Shown: positions 9,662-20,101 of the stretch, in pieces
Layout of the letters: each line of letters opens with the position of its first letter
How positions within the stretch are numbered: position 1 is the first letter of the stretch
Source of the DNA: Thermodesulfovibrionales bacterium
GTDB lineage: Bacteria; Nitrospirota; Thermodesulfovibrionia; Thermodesulfovibrionales; UBA6898
Direction: 5' to 3'
Length of the DNA: 64,000 bases
Assembly (NCBI GenBank): GCA_044450345.1
Contig: JBIOIY010000004.1
Coordinates: 32,001 to 96,000 of the forward strand
Program-made: the position numbers and the translations under genes
Notes under the pieces: generated by a model
The model's input: only the letters and a program-made list of their open reading frames with translations
Told to the model about the DNA's origin: nothing
Databases searched by the model: none

Positions 9662-10570
9662 TTAAGATGTCTTTCGTAGCCAGATACTCCCTCCAGGGTT
9701 CATCAAGCATAGGGGCATCCATTTTTCAAATTGCTCTCTATAGAAATATTCGAGATAAGTATTAAAAAAGACAATTTCAAAGGCATTATTATATTGAAGA
9801 AAGGCTTTGAGAATATACGCTTCATTCCAGGCAATCCCCTGGTAAATCCATTCTTTGTTGTATTCGAAAGGATAGAACACATCGTGAAAGTGAACAAGCA
9901 CACCTTTGGATAAACTCGGCAAGATATCAAATATTATAGCATTCACATCACTTCCAACTTTTGATACGTGAGTCGAGTCAATGAACAATATGTCGTCCTC
10001 TGACAATTCACGGAAGAAGTCCAATTCAACATTTTGCAGGGTTTTAGGAAGGATGCGATATTTTGATCTATCCCCTTCTTTCATTAATGAAAATAAATTA
10101 GTATATGGCTCAATAAATGCAATATCAATGCCGTTCTGAAAAAAAATTTCATTTGTATCCATCATGACACACGACGAATATCCTGAACCCACTTCAATAA
10201 TTTTTTTAGGTTTTGCTTTTCTGATCATCGAATAGAGACATATGGCATCAGAATACGAGTAAGCTGGATTATTAAAAAAATAGCGCAGAGAGGGATTTTT
10301 TTGAGGAGTAAAAGGCATCTCTTTATAGAATGTCACGAACTCCCTGAAGTAATTAAGCTGTTTTTCTGTATTAAGATCAATTCCGGGCAGATTTTCCGGA
10401 ATGCTGCCCCAAATTTTATCTTCCCTGCTTCTAATGTCATCGAGCGAAGGTATCGGAGAATAGAAATGTCCCGGCGGAACATGAGTATAGCCCTGCAACA
10501 AAGAGTCTCTTTCATCCTTCAGCTTTTTGATTTGTGGTATTTTTAAGGCTAATTCCTTTAAGAATCGCAT
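9662..10570 (-). CDS. Class I SAM-dependent methyltransferase (Methyltransf_24-like)
   Basis: PPGHFYSPIP, IIEVGSGYSS, LFIDSTHV, HFHDVFYPFEY, WNEAY. Confidence 0.88.
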   Translation of the reverse strand: MRFLKELALKIPQIKKLKDERDSLLQGYTHVPPGHFYSPIPSLDDIRSREDKIWGSIPENLPGIDLNTEKQLNYFREFVTFYKEMPFTPQKNPSLRYFFNNPAYSYSDAICLYSMIRKAKPKKIIEVGSGYSSCVMMDTNEIFFQNGIDIAFIEPYTNLFSLMKEGDRSKYRILPKTLQNVELDFFRELSEDDILFIDSTHVSKVGSDVNAIIFDILPSLSKGVLVHFHDVFYPFEYNKEWIYQGIAWNEAYILKAFLQYNNAFEIVFFNTYLEYFYREQFEKWMPLCLMNPGGSIWLRKTS

Positions 10571-10768
10571 AACATTGCCCTCCCTATTTTGTCATGTATC
10601 CCGATTTTGGGCTAACTTGTTCAGGGCATCCGGACACCTTACGATAAGTCCTTTCCCGTTGAAGTTAACGACTATTATGCTGACTATCCTCAAAAAGACA
10701 TATCCTGGCATGGGAACGCTTTTTTTGAATAGCAGCTGACTGTCGTATCTCTTTCGTCCATAAAAACT

Positions 10769-12883
10769 TCATGGAGTGTTTTTCCCCCTCTTCTTTCGAG
10801 CCTTAACGAACATAAACCCTCCGGATGTGCCGAGTGAATTATCCTTTACGAGCAGGTTCCGCATGAGCAGCATTGCCGCATTAAAGGCCTTGATCTGTTC
10901 CGAGGAAAAAGTTAAGAGAAACTCCCTAAAGTCTTTGCCTACCCGCTCCTCGGTCTTTTCATACTTTTCGATGTCATACCAGTTATAGCACGGCCCCATA
11001 CAATTTTCGGCGATAACTTCTTCAAAATATCTCTCGAACCTTTTCAAGACCTTGTCAAAAGGCTCAAGCCCCACATGTCCATCGACCAATAGGTGTTGTT
11101 TTTCGCTTTCGGGCAATCTGCAGTAATCTATGTCGTCCGCCTCAATACCGTGCAACATAACCCCGTCATCCTTCAGTAAGCGCAGCCATTCGGCAAGATA
11201 CACATCTTTCACCTCGTTCTCTATGTGTCCCAGGACATCGAGACTTACTACAAAGTCAAACGATTTATCGGGATAAGGGATGTCATACCCGTCACAGAGC
11301 ACAGCCTCATCATACCCAGCGAGAAGCGCCTGTTCCAGGCCTTTTTCGGAGAGATCCGCGCCCACAAGGTAAGTCCGCTTGCTTTTCAAAAGATTGAGAG
11401 TCCCTGAGCCGCAGCCTACATCAAGTGCAGAAGCACCTTCTGTAACATTGTTGTATATCCAGTATTGTTTCACGTATGCAATATTGAATCTGGAAGTCGG
11501 ATCACACTTAACGATGTTGGGGCCATGGTTCCAGACAAATTTATCCGCATAAAAAGCGTTTATATCGTCGATGCCGAGTTTCTTATAGACAGAGTTTACT
11601 GCGGTCAGTTCTTTATTGCTCGTATGTTTCCTAATCTTTTTTTTTGCGCATGAAATATCGCAACCTGCAAGAACGGATTTGTAAATCTTTTCCACCGTAA
11701 ACGCCTCATCTTCCAGTCGCACAGGAAGATGAATATTTGACCTCAGCGCTTCCAAAACAGAAGGCTGATCCGCAATCCTCCTAATTATTTCCGCAAGTCC
11801 ATCGGGATCCTGAATCGAAAATATAAAGCCGTTTTCCCCGTTTCTTATAAATTCATAAGCGCTTCCTACCATGTCCGACGCGATCACGGGCACTTCATAT
11901 GCAAGACTCTCGATTACGACAAGTCCGTAGCTCTCCAACGTGGAGGACGGGACGAGCACGACATCGACCTCATTCAGTATATTCGGCAGTTCATCGTGAT
12001 TGAAGCGGCCCATAACTTTGATCCGCGGGTCTTCCGACTCTGCGTTGCGGAGGAAGTCGATAGTACCATCAATGCCAATAGAGTTCCCGTAAATATTGAG
12101 CCTGATATTTGGGGATGTCACACCCTTGAACGTGTCAACGAGGAGATTAATCCCCTTGTACCTGCCGACAACTCCCATGTAGGCAAAGATAATCGGCGCC
12201 CCCTCCTGTCTGGTTCGCTTTTTTGATGCGACGTATCGGTAATCCACCCCGTGGTTGACGTGGTGGATCGGCTTGTCCCAGCCGTTTGCCCTGAATATTT
12301 CTATCAGGAACCTCGACGGCGCTATACGCGCATCAACTGAGTCGAATAATATTCTGGCATTGCGCAGCCGCACAAAGATCGAATCATCGACCCCGCACTG
12401 GGCCTGACATTTTTTGCCTTCCTCTGGAGAATTGCAGGAAGAATAATCAGGTTTGAAGAACCGCCCCCTGGCGCAGATAAGCCAGAAATCCGTAATCGTC
12501 AATACCACCGGAATGCCGATTTGCTTTGCCGCAGCGACAACATACGATAGACGCATCGGATGGGCTATATGGATGACGTCTGGTCGCTCCTTCTTGAGGA
12601 TATCCCTCACGTCTTCCAGCAGATCGTCGTATATCCTGTAACCCTGATCAATCGGGATCTCCTTGTGCCGTATGCAGTCAACCGGGATACCCTCGAAGGC
12701 GTAAGACCGGTAAAGTATGTTGCCGACAGGCTGGAACTCGTCGGCCTGATCGTCGACACCGTATGTCAACACCTTCACGGTATTCCCCATCCTCTGCATC
12801 TGTTTCGCTATGTTGAGGACATAACGCTCTGTCCCGCCAAAGAATTTAGGGAAAAAATCGTGGACCACATAGAGAATCCTCAT
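10769..12883 (-). CDS. GT4 glycosyltransferase fused to a C-terminal SAM methyltransferase
   Basis: GGTERY, ESYGLVVIES (GT4); LDVGCGSG, PYPDKSFD, DVLGHI (methyltransferase). Confidence 0.88.
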   Translation of the reverse strand: MRILYVVHDFFPKFFGGTERYVLNIAKQMQRMGNTVKVLTYGVDDQADEFQPVGNILYRSYAFEGIPVDCIRHKEIPIDQGYRIYDDLLEDVRDILKKERPDVIHIAHPMRLSYVVAAAKQIGIPVVLTITDFWLICARGRFFKPDYSSCNSPEEGKKCQAQCGVDDSIFVRLRNARILFDSVDARIAPSRFLIEIFRANGWDKPIHHVNHGVDYRYVASKKRTRQEGAPIIFAYMGVVGRYKGINLLVDTFKGVTSPNIRLNIYGNSIGIDGTIDFLRNAESEDPRIKVMGRFNHDELPNILNEVDVVLVPSSTLESYGLVVIESLAYEVPVIASDMVGSAYEFIRNGENGFIFSIQDPDGLAEIIRRIADQPSVLEALRSNIHLPVRLEDEAFTVEKIYKSVLAGCDISCAKKKIRKHTSNKELTAVNSVYKKLGIDDINAFYADKFVWNHGPNIVKCDPTSRFNIAYVKQYWIYNNVTEGASALDVGCGSGTLNLLKSKRTYLVGADLSEKGLEQALLAGYDEAVLCDGYDIPYPDKSFDFVVSLDVLGHIENEVKDVYLAEWLRLLKDDGVMLHGIEADDIDYCRLPESEKQHLLVDGHVGLEPFDKVLKRFERYFEEVIAENCMGPCYNWYDIEKYEKTEERVGKDFREFLLTFSSEQIKAFNAAMLLMRNLLVKDNSLGTSGGFMFVKARKKRGKNTP

Positions 12884-15453
12884 ACGCAGTTCCCAAAGAT
12901 AGCGCCGATCCTTGACGAGGCGTCGTCGCCTGTCTTATGAAATGCGGAAAAATCACCGAGGTTGGCCCCGAGGACTACACCGGCAAGACTGTGCAACGAA
13001 AGGACAATGTCTTTTATCTCAATATCAGCAAACTGGCGACGCACCAGGAAATTATTAAAGCTATAAAGGGTTGAATAGAATTGTTCCATGAGCACATCCG
13101 GCGTTGCCAAGATCCTATTGTCGCAGGTACCATAAGCTTCCATCAGATCCCGCAGCACCCTTTCCATGCTCGGCTCCCCGCGATATCCATCTCCGGCGGA
13201 GTGAGAGGAGATGATATGCTGCAATGTCGCTACGAGAGGGACATCTTCTTCCCCTCCATGAAGATCAGCCTGGGCGAGCATGTTGAATGCAGAGTCGAGT
13301 TTTCGGTAAGTAGAATATATGTACTCGAGCATTTCGGAAAAATCTCTTATCCCGATTTCTTGCCAATTGACCGGCTCGACGTTAAGCAGTTGAATCAAGG
13401 CCTTTCTGTCAATATAACTTCTCTTGAAATAATATGCCGCCTCTCTGGTATGTGAGTGTATCACGCCCACCGACGACAGAAAGCCTATTTTGTACCCGCT
13501 TCTTACCAGACGCAACCCCAGATCCAGATCTTCAGCATAGGGCAAGTCGTTAAACTCATACTTCGCGAATACGTCCCTCCTGATACAGGAGCAGATATTG
13601 TCTATCTGTGATATCCTCCTCCTGTCACCGTGACCCAACTCCTCCAAATTTTTTTTGCGCAGAGAGACGATCTCGTCTTTAGGGTACCTCAGGAAATTCT
13701 CATAATGGTTCCATATCTGCCAACACGCAAAAAAATCAGCGTCGCTGCGGGGCACTTGTTTCGCTGATACGGCGGCGATTTTCGGATCATTCTTCATACC
13801 CCTGACCATATCGGCAAAACACGTTTCGCCGATGGGTATCGCATCCTGAGAAAGGAAGACAATAAAGTCTCCTGTTGCATGCCGGGCCCCATAGTTTCTG
13901 GTTTTTCCGTGGCCAAATTCAGAAGGAAGGATAGAAAATACCTGTGATCCGAAACGACCGGCCAGGTCAATGGTATCATCCGTGGAGCCCGAATCGACCA
14001 CGATTATTTCCACGTCTATGCCTTTCTGCATCCTGATCCTTTCGAGGACCTGCCTGAAGTCAGTCCCGCCATTTTTTGTCGGTATGACCACCGATACCTT
14101 TACGCCGAGGTTTTCCACCCCATTGCATTTGACATCCGGAACCTTAAAGAGTTCGGTCTTTATGGAGGAACTGGCCTTTACCTCGCGGAACTGCCTTTTT
14201 ACCTTGCCGAAGAAAATTTTTATCCCGTCCTTCTTTAACGTCCTGATTCCTCTTAATACCTTATGGTAAGCCTTCCACCGACTCGATCCGACCGGTGCCA
14301 CTACACTCTTTATATTTCTGCGGTACCATTCCAAAATCATCCATCCTATGCCTGACCGCACCTCTTCGATGTAAGCAATTTTGACTGTTAATTCTTCCCT
14401 GGTTTTTTGCAGTTCACGCCCGACTTCACGCAATTCCCCCGCAGTCGCATTAAGTTCTTCTCTGAACTTTCGGCTTTCTTCTGCGGCATTCCGCAATTCC
14501 TCTTTTATTTTTTCAAGATCTTCCTCTTTGTCCTGCAGTTTATCCATCACCTCGCGAAGTTCAATGTCCTTTTTCTGTAATTCCTCGTCCTTTTTCCGTA
14601 ATTCCTCCCAGCTTCCCTTGACGCCCTGTGCGAGAAGTTCTCTAATCTGCAGGTCACGGCGACCAAGCTGTTCCTGCTTTTTCAGGAAATAACCATATGC
14701 GACCTGAGCCGTTCTCCCTGATCCATGTTTTTTGAGGACCTCAATATATTTAATTCTTGCTAAAGCCGGGTCAGAATGCGCGATCTGAAAATCTCGGCTC
14801 CACTGATAGTATTTCGCCGTCGGTGATGCTATGTGCTGAAATGGATATGTACGGGACATTCTTATCAGGAGGTCCCAATCTTCAAAGATTTCGAAATTAA
14901 CATCAAACAGACCTACCCGGTCAAAAATCTCCCGATGGATCAGGAGACAAATTAAGGGTATGTAATTTTCGAAAAGCAGAATATCCGGCGAAAAGTCCTC
15001 GGAAAAGAAAACCCCCTCGTTGATCGGGATAAACCTTTTCTGCATGGGGTCGTAGTGAGACCGTATAATGTCCGCATCTGTGTATGCGATCCTGTAATCG
15101 CTGTTTTCCAGAAACTGCAAAAGCGTTTCCACATGATCCGGATAAAACTCATCGTCGTCATCGAGAAACCCTAGGAATTCGCCTTTTGCGTTCTCGATCC
15201 CGACATTCCCGGCATGTGCGCGGCCGGTATTTTTTTCGAGTCTTATGTAGTTGCACGAGACATCCCCGAGAATCCCTCTGATTTCCTCGACGTCCAGGTC
15301 GCAGCCGCCGTCATTGACAAGGACGACCTCTATCGGCCGGTAGGTCTGCGCAGCGATGCTCTGCAAGGCTTTTTTGAGCAGCTTGGGCCTGTCTTTTGTC
15401 CTGACGATTATGGAAACCAAAGTCATGCTTTCTTCCAATATATTATTCCTCAT
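12880..15453 (-). CDS. Bifunctional GT2 - coiled coil - GT2 glycosyltransferase
   Basis: VSIIVRTKDRP...FLDDDD; heptad-rich EELRKKDEELQKKD...; second VSVVIPTKNGG...FGHGKTRN...LSQDA (rhamnosyltransferase-like). Confidence 0.88.
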   Translation of the reverse strand: MRNNILEESMTLVSIIVRTKDRPKLLKKALQSIAAQTYRPIEVVLVNDGGCDLDVEEIRGILGDVSCNYIRLEKNTGRAHAGNVGIENAKGEFLGFLDDDDEFYPDHVETLLQFLENSDYRIAYTDADIIRSHYDPMQKRFIPINEGVFFSEDFSPDILLFENYIPLICLLIHREIFDRVGLFDVNFEIFEDWDLLIRMSRTYPFQHIASPTAKYYQWSRDFQIAHSDPALARIKYIEVLKKHGSGRTAQVAYGYFLKKQEQLGRRDLQIRELLAQGVKGSWEELRKKDEELQKKDIELREVMDKLQDKEEDLEKIKEELRNAAEESRKFREELNATAGELREVGRELQKTREELTVKIAYIEEVRSGIGWMILEWYRRNIKSVVAPVGSSRWKAYHKVLRGIRTLKKDGIKIFFGKVKRQFREVKASSSIKTELFKVPDVKCNGVENLGVKVSVVIPTKNGGTDFRQVLERIRMQKGIDVEIIVVDSGSTDDTIDLAGRFGSQVFSILPSEFGHGKTRNYGARHATGDFIVFLSQDAIPIGETCFADMVRGMKNDPKIAAVSAKQVPRSDADFFACWQIWNHYENFLRYPKDEIVSLRKKNLEELGHGDRRRISQIDNICSCIRRDVFAKYEFNDLPYAEDLDLGLRLVRSGYKIGFLSSVGVIHSHTREAAYYFKRSYIDRKALIQLLNVEPVNWQEIGIRDFSEMLEYIYSTYRKLDSAFNMLAQADLHGGEEDVPLVATLQHIISSHSAGDGYRGEPSMERVLRDLMEAYGTCDNRILATPDVLMEQFYSTLYSFNNFLVRRQFADIEIKDIVLSLHSLAGVVLGANLGDFSAFHKTGDDASSRIGAIFGNCV

Positions 15454-15465
15454 TTAAATAGTTCT

Positions 15466-15492
15466 CTGGATTCCCGCCTCAGCGGGAATGGC
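15466..15492. repeat. ATTCCC-N-GGGAAT palindromic repeat (dRS3/REP-like)
   Basis: ctggattcccgcctcagcgggaatggc; its reverse complement matches the unit at 37152-37178. Confidence 0.75.
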
Positions 15493-15602
15493 GGCAACAT
15501 GATATCCGAAATTCCCTGTAAGTACGCGTTCTTATTATATTGGATGAGGCCCTAAAATTTCCATGACGGTTCAGGTCTGCGGAAGAGGGGGACGACGGGA
15601 AG

Positions 15603-16982
15603 TCAGTACGCCCCTTCTCTTTTTATGACGATCCGCACGGTCTTGAGAAGGATCACGATGTCGAGCCAGAGGTTCCAGTTTCTGACATACCACGAATCCA
15701 GCGACATGCGGTAATCATAACTCGTGTTGCTTCTGCCGCTCACCTGCCAAAGGCCTGTTATCCCCGGCTTTGTCAGCAGGATGGTATAATCACGGTCCCC
15801 CATCTCCTGCTTTTCTCTGGGCAGGTACGGTCTGGGGCCGACGAGGCTCATCTGCCCTTTCAGGACGTTGAAGACCTGGGGCAGTTCATCGAGGGAGGTC
15901 GATCGCAGAAACCTTCCTACCCTTGTCACCCTAGGGTCCTCGCTGAGCTTCCAATGAGTGTCCCATTCGCGCTGTGCTTCAGGGTCTCCGTCGAGTAGCC
16001 CGGTCAGACTATCCTCCGCGTCTTCGTACATGGTCCTGAACTTGTAACAGTTAAAGGACAGGCCTTTTTTGCCTATGCGCTCCTGAGAAAAAAAAGCCTG
16101 CCCCTTTGAGTCAAGTCTGATCAGGGCCGCAATGACGGCCATGGGTATCGATAGGAGGGGCAGCATCAGGACGCTCATGATCATATCGAAACACCGCTTG
16201 ATAAAGATGTTCAACGGGTTGGAGAGGTTGTTCTTCATCTCGAAGGCAAATGCCTCCTCATGGAAGAAATGCTGAAGGTTCGTCCCGGTGACGGCGATGC
16301 CGAAAATGTCCGGAACGAAAAGAATGCGTTCGACCTTATGCTGCAGACCGTTGATGAGCCCTTGCAATCTCTCCTTGCCGGCCCCGGGCATGGCGATAAA
16401 GAGGTCCTCGATATTACATCCCTTTACATATTCTGCGGCCCTGTCTATGCCCCTGTGGACCTTTATCCCGTCTATTCTCATACCGTATTTCTTGGGGTCG
16501 TCGTCTACGAAACCAAGTATTTCATAACCGTAATTAGGTTCTTTCTTGAGCGCCCTCACAATAAGCTTCCCTGTCTCTCCTGCTCCCAGGATGAGGACCC
16601 TGCGCTTGAGAAGACCGAATCGTCTAAGGACCTTCTTCGAGATGGTCCGTATGAGCGGGAAGACTATGAGCGAGACAACCCCCATGACGACTACGACCGT
16701 CCTGGACATATCCTCTCCCAGTTTCCCTATCGATGAAACGGTGAAGACGCCGACTGTGGAGAAGAAAGAGACTTTCCATAGCGCCTCTATTTCGTCCCAG
16801 AACGAGAACCTTTTTGTATACATGCCCTCATAATATAAGAAGAAAAGCCAGACGAGAAACACCCACCAGACGTCGCCGATGCCCTTGTAAAAGAAGACGC
16901 GCGGGAAGCCGTAATAAAAAAGAGGAAGCACGTCGGTCCTCATAAATACCGCGATACGGAATATCGTCAGGACGGCGACCAC
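15603..16982 (-). CDS. wbaP: Undecaprenyl-phosphate sugar phosphotransferase (WbaP-like); true start probably further upstream
   Basis: ILGAGETG, KRCFD, KFRTM, DPRVTRVGRFLRSTSLDELPQ, MSLVGPRP, KPGITGLWQVSGR. Confidence 0.9.
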   Translation of the reverse strand: MVAVLTIFRIAVFMRTDVLPLFYYGFPRVFFYKGIGDVWWVFLVWLFFLYYEGMYTKRFSFWDEIEALWKVSFFSTVGVFTVSSIGKLGEDMSRTVVVVMGVVSLIVFPLIRTISKKVLRRFGLLKRRVLILGAGETGKLIVRALKKEPNYGYEILGFVDDDPKKYGMRIDGIKVHRGIDRAAEYVKGCNIEDLFIAMPGAGKERLQGLINGLQHKVERILFVPDIFGIAVTGTNLQHFFHEEAFAFEMKNNLSNPLNIFIKRCFDMIMSVLMLPLLSIPMAVIAALIRLDSKGQAFFSQERIGKKGLSFNCYKFRTMYEDAEDSLTGLLDGDPEAQREWDTHWKLSEDPRVTRVGRFLRSTSLDELPQVFNVLKGQMSLVGPRPYLPREKQEMGDRDYTILLTKPGITGLWQVSGRSNTSYDYRMSLDSWYVRNWNLWLDIVILLKTVRIVIKREGAY

Positions 16983-17037
16983 ATCGACAAAAAAAACGGC
17001 AAGGGCTTCCGCAGCGGATTTGACCCTGTGTATGGAC

Positions 17038-17775
17038 TTAATAAGTGCCTCCCATAAGTGTTGCGGTGACCCTGCCCACCGCCACCTTAGTCTGCATTTT
17101 GACGGGGACGCGTTTCTCGTCGTCCGTGAGCCAGATATACATGTCGCCTCTTTTGTTGAAGATGCCTTCCGACTTCAGAAGCGGTTTTATGACGATGGTA
17201 TCGAAGTTCCCGACTTTGGTGCCGATTCTTTCCTTCCTGATGACCTGGACTTCTACGTTCCACAGCTTCTTGTTGTCAAGGACATCAACATAGACGGATT
17301 TACCCACCTCAGCCTTCAGCGTTCTGACATAGTAAAAGCCGGAAAGCGGATCTAAGGTTTTGTCCCGTATCTCTATGTCTTTCTTCTCTCCGGTCAAGTG
17401 GTCGGTTAAGGAGGCCCTGTGCTTGGTGCCGTCGAAGACGACCTCTTTGTTCCTTTTGTATCTGCCTTCCCTGATCCTGACCCTGTAATTCCGGGGCGTG
17501 CCGATTACCGCACGGGGGCCGGGCGCTGAGAGTTCCGCCTCTATCTTGTCGTCTACCGTGTAAAATACGGAAATCCAGTCGGCCGACCGGGCGGTCGAGA
17601 CGATCCTCGTTATCTCATTTTCACTTCTGACCTCGAGGGTCGCAGTCCCGGTTTTTATTCCGGCCCATGTGAGGTCGTACACCAGCCTCTCCGGCACCCG
17701 GAAGCCCGAGGCATAGGTGAGGGCGGAAAAGACAAAAAAAAGCGCCAATAGGCCGATACGCGCGCATTTTTTCAT
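17038..17775 (-). CDS. Exported DUF3108-like protein
   Basis: Signal peptide; ERLVYDLTW.GI..G, DPLSGFYY, IWLTDD..RVPVK. Confidence 0.75.
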   Translation of the reverse strand: MKKCARIGLLALFFVFSALTYASGFRVPERLVYDLTWAGIKTGTATLEVRSENEITRIVSTARSADWISVFYTVDDKIEAELSAPGPRAVIGTPRNYRVRIREGRYKRNKEVVFDGTKHRASLTDHLTGEKKDIEIRDKTLDPLSGFYYVRTLKAEVGKSVYVDVLDNKKLWNVEVQVIRKERIGTKVGNFDTIVIKPLLKSEGIFNKRGDMYIWLTDDEKRVPVKMQTKVAVGRVTATLMGGTY

Positions 17776-17851
17776 ATCAGGATTATTTCCCCGACCGGCG
17801 ACTTCATGAGACCTCCTGGAGAATTGCAGATTTTTTCTGCTATATTAATCT

Positions 17852-18580
17852 ATGTTGATTATTCCTGCAATAGATTTAAAAGACGGGTGCTGTGTGAGAC
17901 TCCAGCAGGGCAAGAAGGAAGCGGTGACCGTCTATTCCAAAGACCCCGTCCTTACCGCCAAGAGGTGGGAGGCAGGCGGGGCCGAAGTGCTTCATGTCGT
18001 TGACCTTGACGGCGCCTTCAGCGGAGGCCAGAAGAACTTCGGGAGCATCCTGCAGATAAGAAAATCCGTAAAGATGGTGATGGAGGTCGGCGGCGGGATA
18101 AGAGACATTGCGGCCGTAACCAAACTTCTTTCCGCGGGAATCGACCGCGTCATAATAGGGACATCTGCCATAGAAGACTCGGCCTTTGTGGTCGAGGCCT
18201 GCAATAAATTCCCGGGAAAGATATTTGTCGGAATAGATGCGAAGGACGGGAAAGTGGCGGTGAGGGGATGGGAAGAGGTGAGCACTGTTGAGGCGAAGGA
18301 ACTTGCCGAACGGGTCGAGACTGTCGGCGTTGCCGGCATAGTCTATACGGACATTTCGAGAGACGGCATGCTTACCGGCCCTAACATTTCGGCCCAGCAG
18401 GAGATGGTCGGTACGGTCACTATTCCGGTGATCGCCTCGGGCGGCATCGCGACGATAGATGACATAAAAGGGCTTTTGCAGATAAAGGGCCTTTGGGGGG
18501 CGATAACGGGCAAGGCGATATATGCCGGCTCGCTCGATCTTCGCGAAGCAATACGCCTGGCTGCGGATGCTGTCGACTGA
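17852..18580 (+). CDS. hisA: ProFAR isomerase
   Basis: [46 protein letters not shown]. Confidence 0.96.
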   Translation: MLIIPAIDLKDGCCVRLQQGKKEAVTVYSKDPVLTAKRWEAGGAEVLHVVDLDGAFSGGQKNFGSILQIRKSVKMVMEVGGGIRDIAAVTKLLSAGIDRVIIGTSAIEDSAFVVEACNKFPGKIFVGIDAKDGKVAVRGWEEVSTVEAKELAERVETVGVAGIVYTDISRDGMLTGPNISAQQEMVGTVTIPVIASGGIATIDDIKGLLQIKGLWGAITGKAIYAGSLDLREAIRLAADAVD

Positions 18581-19437
18581 TGCTCGCTAAACGAATCATC
18601 CCCTGTCTCGACGTAAAGGACGGCCGCGTGGTCAAGGGCGTCAGTTTTGTAAACTTGCGGGACGCCGGCGACCCCGTCGATAATGCGAAATTTTACGACG
18701 AACAGGGTGCCGATGAACTGATTTTCCTCGATATCACCGCCTCTCATGAAAAACGGAAGATCATACTCGACGTGGTGGAACGCACCGCCGAGGACGTTTT
18801 CATGCCCTTGACCGTCGGCGGCGGGATAAAGACCCTCGACGATATCCGGGACCTCCTTAACGCGGGATGCGATAAGGTCTCGATCAACACGACCGCGGTG
18901 AAAGACCCTTTCTTTATCAGCAGGGCGGCCGAGAAATTCGGGAGCCAATGCATTGTAGTGGCGATAGATGCCAAGAGGGTAACGTCCGATATGTCCGACT
19001 TTACAGGCGAGGGCTGGCTGGACGACCCCGCTCTTAAAGACGTCCGCCTTACACTTCCTGCCCCCCCTGTTCCCCGGGGCAACGGGAGGGTGTGGGCTAT
19101 CTCGACGCACGGCGGCAGGAAGATGAAGCGTATCGATGCGGTCAAGTGGGCAAAGAAGATGGAGGAACTCGGGGCCGGCGAGTTTATGCTGACAAGCATG
19201 GACAAGGACGGGACCAAGGACGGCTACGACATCGAATTGACGCGGACCATATCAGAAACAGTTTCCATCCCGGTCATCGCCTCGGGCGGCGCCGGAACTC
19301 TTGCTCACCTCTACGACGGACTCGTCAGTGGCAAGGCGGATGCAGTGCTTGCGGCGTCCATCTTTCACTTCAGGGAATTTACCGTCAAAGAGGCTAAGGA
19401 ATATCTCCGCTCAAAAGGGGTCGCGGTAAGGCTGTAA
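18580..19437 (+). CDS. hisF: Imidazole glycerol phosphate synthase cyclase subunit
   Basis: [48 protein letters not shown] overlap with hisA. Confidence 0.96.
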   Translation: MLAKRIIPCLDVKDGRVVKGVSFVNLRDAGDPVDNAKFYDEQGADELIFLDITASHEKRKIILDVVERTAEDVFMPLTVGGGIKTLDDIRDLLNAGCDKVSINTTAVKDPFFISRAAEKFGSQCIVVAIDAKRVTSDMSDFTGEGWLDDPALKDVRLTLPAPPVPRGNGRVWAISTHGGRKMKRIDAVKWAKKMEELGAGEFMLTSMDKDGTKDGYDIELTRTISETVSIPVIASGGAGTLAHLYDGLVSGKADAVLAASIFHFREFTVKEAKEYLRSKGVAVRL

Positions 19438-19542
19438 ATCCCTTCGCCTCTCATTTCATTCGAACTCATTTTTTACCCTTGCTATTGCCGTTTGATATGA
19501 TAACCTGTAATCATAAGTCGAACTATTTACGGAGGAAAAATT

Positions 19543-19722
19543 ATGAAGATGGAACTTGAGGGCACGCTTTTGAAGTTCACGCCGGAAAACGACAGGGAAA
19601 AGGCGGAACTGAACCAGCTCTGGACGATAGTAATCGGATGCGTGAGCGAAGGCAAAAAACTGGTCCCTGTCGGTCAATACCTGCCGGGCATAAAGGAAGT
19701 TGCGGTATTCAACATAGAGTAG
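19543..19722 (+). CDS. Small hypothetical protein, 59 aa (not in ORF track)
   Basis: GGAGG at 19531-19535; MKMELEGTLLKFTPENDREKAELNQLWTIVIGCVSEGKKLVPVGQYLPGIKEVAVFNIE*. Confidence 0.75.
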   Translation: MKMELEGTLLKFTPENDREKAELNQLWTIVIGCVSEGKKLVPVGQYLPGIKEVAVFNIE

Positions 19723-19979
19723 AAGACAAGAAAAAAATCGGGGTCGTCGCCTATTCAGGCTATAAAGGAGAGGAGACGCCCCGATCTTTTTTGCTCGGAG
19801 ACGTCAAAGTAGATGTCGTCTCAGTTATAAGGTCGTGGATAGAAGAGTCGTTGCAGGACAAGGGACGAAGGAGATTTTTCAAAGTCAGGGGCGGCGACGG
19901 AGTTACGTATACGCTATATCTCGACGAAGTCCAAGCCGAATGGTTTTTGGCCGGAGAATGCATTATTAAGGTCTCATAA
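19638..19979 (+). CDS. Small conserved hypothetical protein (start uncertain, probably near 19719)
   Basis: VVAYSGYKGEETPRSF...W...RRFFKVRG.DG..YTLYLD....W looks like a real beta-rich domain. Confidence 0.6.
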   Translation: MRERRQKTGPCRSIPAGHKGSCGIQHRVEDKKKIGVVAYSGYKGEETPRSFLLGDVKVDVVSVIRSWIEESLQDKGRRRFFKVRGGDGVTYTLYLDEVQAEWFLAGECIIKVS

Positions 19980-20026
19980 TTGAAAAGACATTTTATTGAA
20001 AAATCTCCCCTGACCCACTCCCGGGG

Positions 20027-20086
20027 ATCATAACTCCCCCTTCCCCCTCTTAGCTTAAGAGGGGGTGCCGGAGGCGGGGGCGTTAT
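20027..20086. repeat. Palindromic intergenic repeat, core form of family A
   Basis: atcataactcccc...ccccctcttagcttaagaggggg...gggggcgttat; same ends as 29252-29374 and 57568-57691. Confidence 0.8.
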
Positions 20087-20101
20087 TCCCTTATGAGAAT
20101 A

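Noticed and set aside
18493..18579. N-terminal extension of HisF in the ORF track
   Set aside because: Overlaps hisA; the conserved start [11 protein letters not shown] is at 18580
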